Both the position numbers and the translations under genes were made by a program. Below are positions 33,971-34,792 of a stretch of DNA of 34,792 nucleotides, in pieces (the stretch's first letter is position 1; each line of letters starts with the position of its first letter). Location of the stretch: the NCBI GenBank assembly GCA_039588075.1, contig JBDHAL010000048.1, positions 1 through 34,792 on the forward strand. The letters are read 5' to 3'. Origin of the DNA: Gemmatimonadota bacterium (GTDB lineage: Bacteria > Gemmatimonadota > Gemmatimonadetes > Palauibacterales > KS3-K002). Under the pieces are notes generated by a model. That model did no database searches, was not told the DNA's origin, and was given only the letters and a program-made list of their open reading frames with translations.

Positions 33971-34792
33971 TAGCACATAAGATGAAGCCCTGTTTCCGGT
34001 TACGGAGCAGGGCTTCTCTACACATATGTTTTCAAATCGTCGCGATCGTGGTAACGGACAGCGAGGTTTGTTAGAAACATCTGTTTCAGCCGGCGGATCG
34101 AGTATTCCATTGAGTAGCCAGGGCATGACCGAGATGGCGTTCGCACATCGAGGCTGGTTGCCGGCGAGCAAAGCACACCGACGTTAACGGCTTCCAGGCC
34201 CCCACTCGTTTGCGAAACCTGTTGAGGTAACTAGGGGAGAAAGACATCCTACGAGGCCGGAGGCGTTAGAGCATCACACCGGCGCCGCCCCGATACTATG
34301 TGCTTGAAGCTTTATGTATGACATGTGTGAGCTTATGTTCGAGCGGCGGGCACCACCACTGACACCACACCTACCAAAAAGCCAGGTCTTTCTGGAAGCA
34401 CTCGGGGCGCCAGAGGGCTGAGCTGTTCTAGCCCCGCGGACAGAGGCGCAGGTGCAAGTATCAGTCTCCCGGAGGCAACCTAGAAGCGCGTATGAAGCAC
34501 AATTCCGTTATTGACGATTTCTTACGGGACATCGAGCCGAGTCCGCAGACGCAGGATTCCGTTGCCCGGCCATCGCGGTCGGTGCCGAACTGCAAAACGC
34601 AGGTCGCATCCCCGACAGTGTGGTGGACCGCCGTCCGACACCATCCCGGCGCGTTCCAGTTTCAGCCGCGAGCGGTTCACTTGTGCCGGTGGGCGATGCG
34701 CCCGCAGCGGTTCACTCTTTTCATGGTGCTCTCTCCGTGGTGTGAAAATGAAGGGGGTCCCTGAGGCTTTGTAACTCGCGGTAATAGTAGAG

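Noticed and set aside
34655-34740. Direct repeat agcggttcact (x2) and a 15-codon minus-strand mini-ORF (MKRVNRCGRIAHRHK) with a GGAGAG RBS, near the window edge
   Set aside because: It is too short, and it sits too close to the truncated window end, to interpret. It could be a leader peptide or chance. It is noted only.

Overview
This 34.8-kb window comes from a high-GC (about 68%) bacterial chromosome. Most of it is core or housekeeping-like content: a 5'-truncated GGDEF diguanylate cyclase, a P1/S58 peptidase, a HAD hydrolase, a FadJ-type fatty-acid-oxidation enzyme, LemA, YggT, an M23 peptidase, an NfeD-flotillin pair, and a minus-strand dnaE-accA-ricT-metG run. Accessory-looking features are interspersed with these, and they are what I looked at most closely.

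- **Palindromic repeat family.** Four copies of a roughly 170-bp element with about 20-bp terminal inverted repeats lie in intergenic regions. The copies fall into two pairs, and each pair brackets a gene cassette: sigma factor / membrane protein / DsbA-like in one case, a CapA-like gene in the other.
- **Oxidative-folding module.** A DsbA-like thioredoxin overlaps a VKOR homologue by start/stop codons. The DsbA-like reading frame is broken at a G5 homopolymer. A second DsbA-like paralogue lies nearby on the other side of an alternative sigma-70-family factor.
- **HemQ-Rieske fusion.** A coproheme decarboxylase (HemQ/ChdC) is fused to a C-terminal Rieske [2Fe-2S] domain. A 50-bp-stem hairpin built from GACAAC repeats sits in its divergent promoter region.
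- **tRNA-Ile att-like repeats.** A tRNA-Ile(GAT) gene is followed by two direct repeats of its own 3' half; one of them is interrupted by a 56-nt insert. The repeats bound a roughly 3.9-kb islet carrying a PAS histidine kinase and two response regulators. Lower-GC DNA continues from the second repeat to the window edge.
- **Smaller oddities.** These include a membrane protein with a HisKA/DHp domain but no ATPase domain, a strongly acidic 77-aa ORF whose frame collides with the start of an M28 peptidase, an NfeD-like protein with a D/H-rich repeat insertion, and blocks of TCGAACATCG decamer repeats next to terminators.

Many long, Arg-rich alternative-frame ORFs in the six-frame track are high-GC artefacts and are rejected. 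I could not run any homology search or computation; every call below rests on motifs read directly from the translations and nucleotide sequence.
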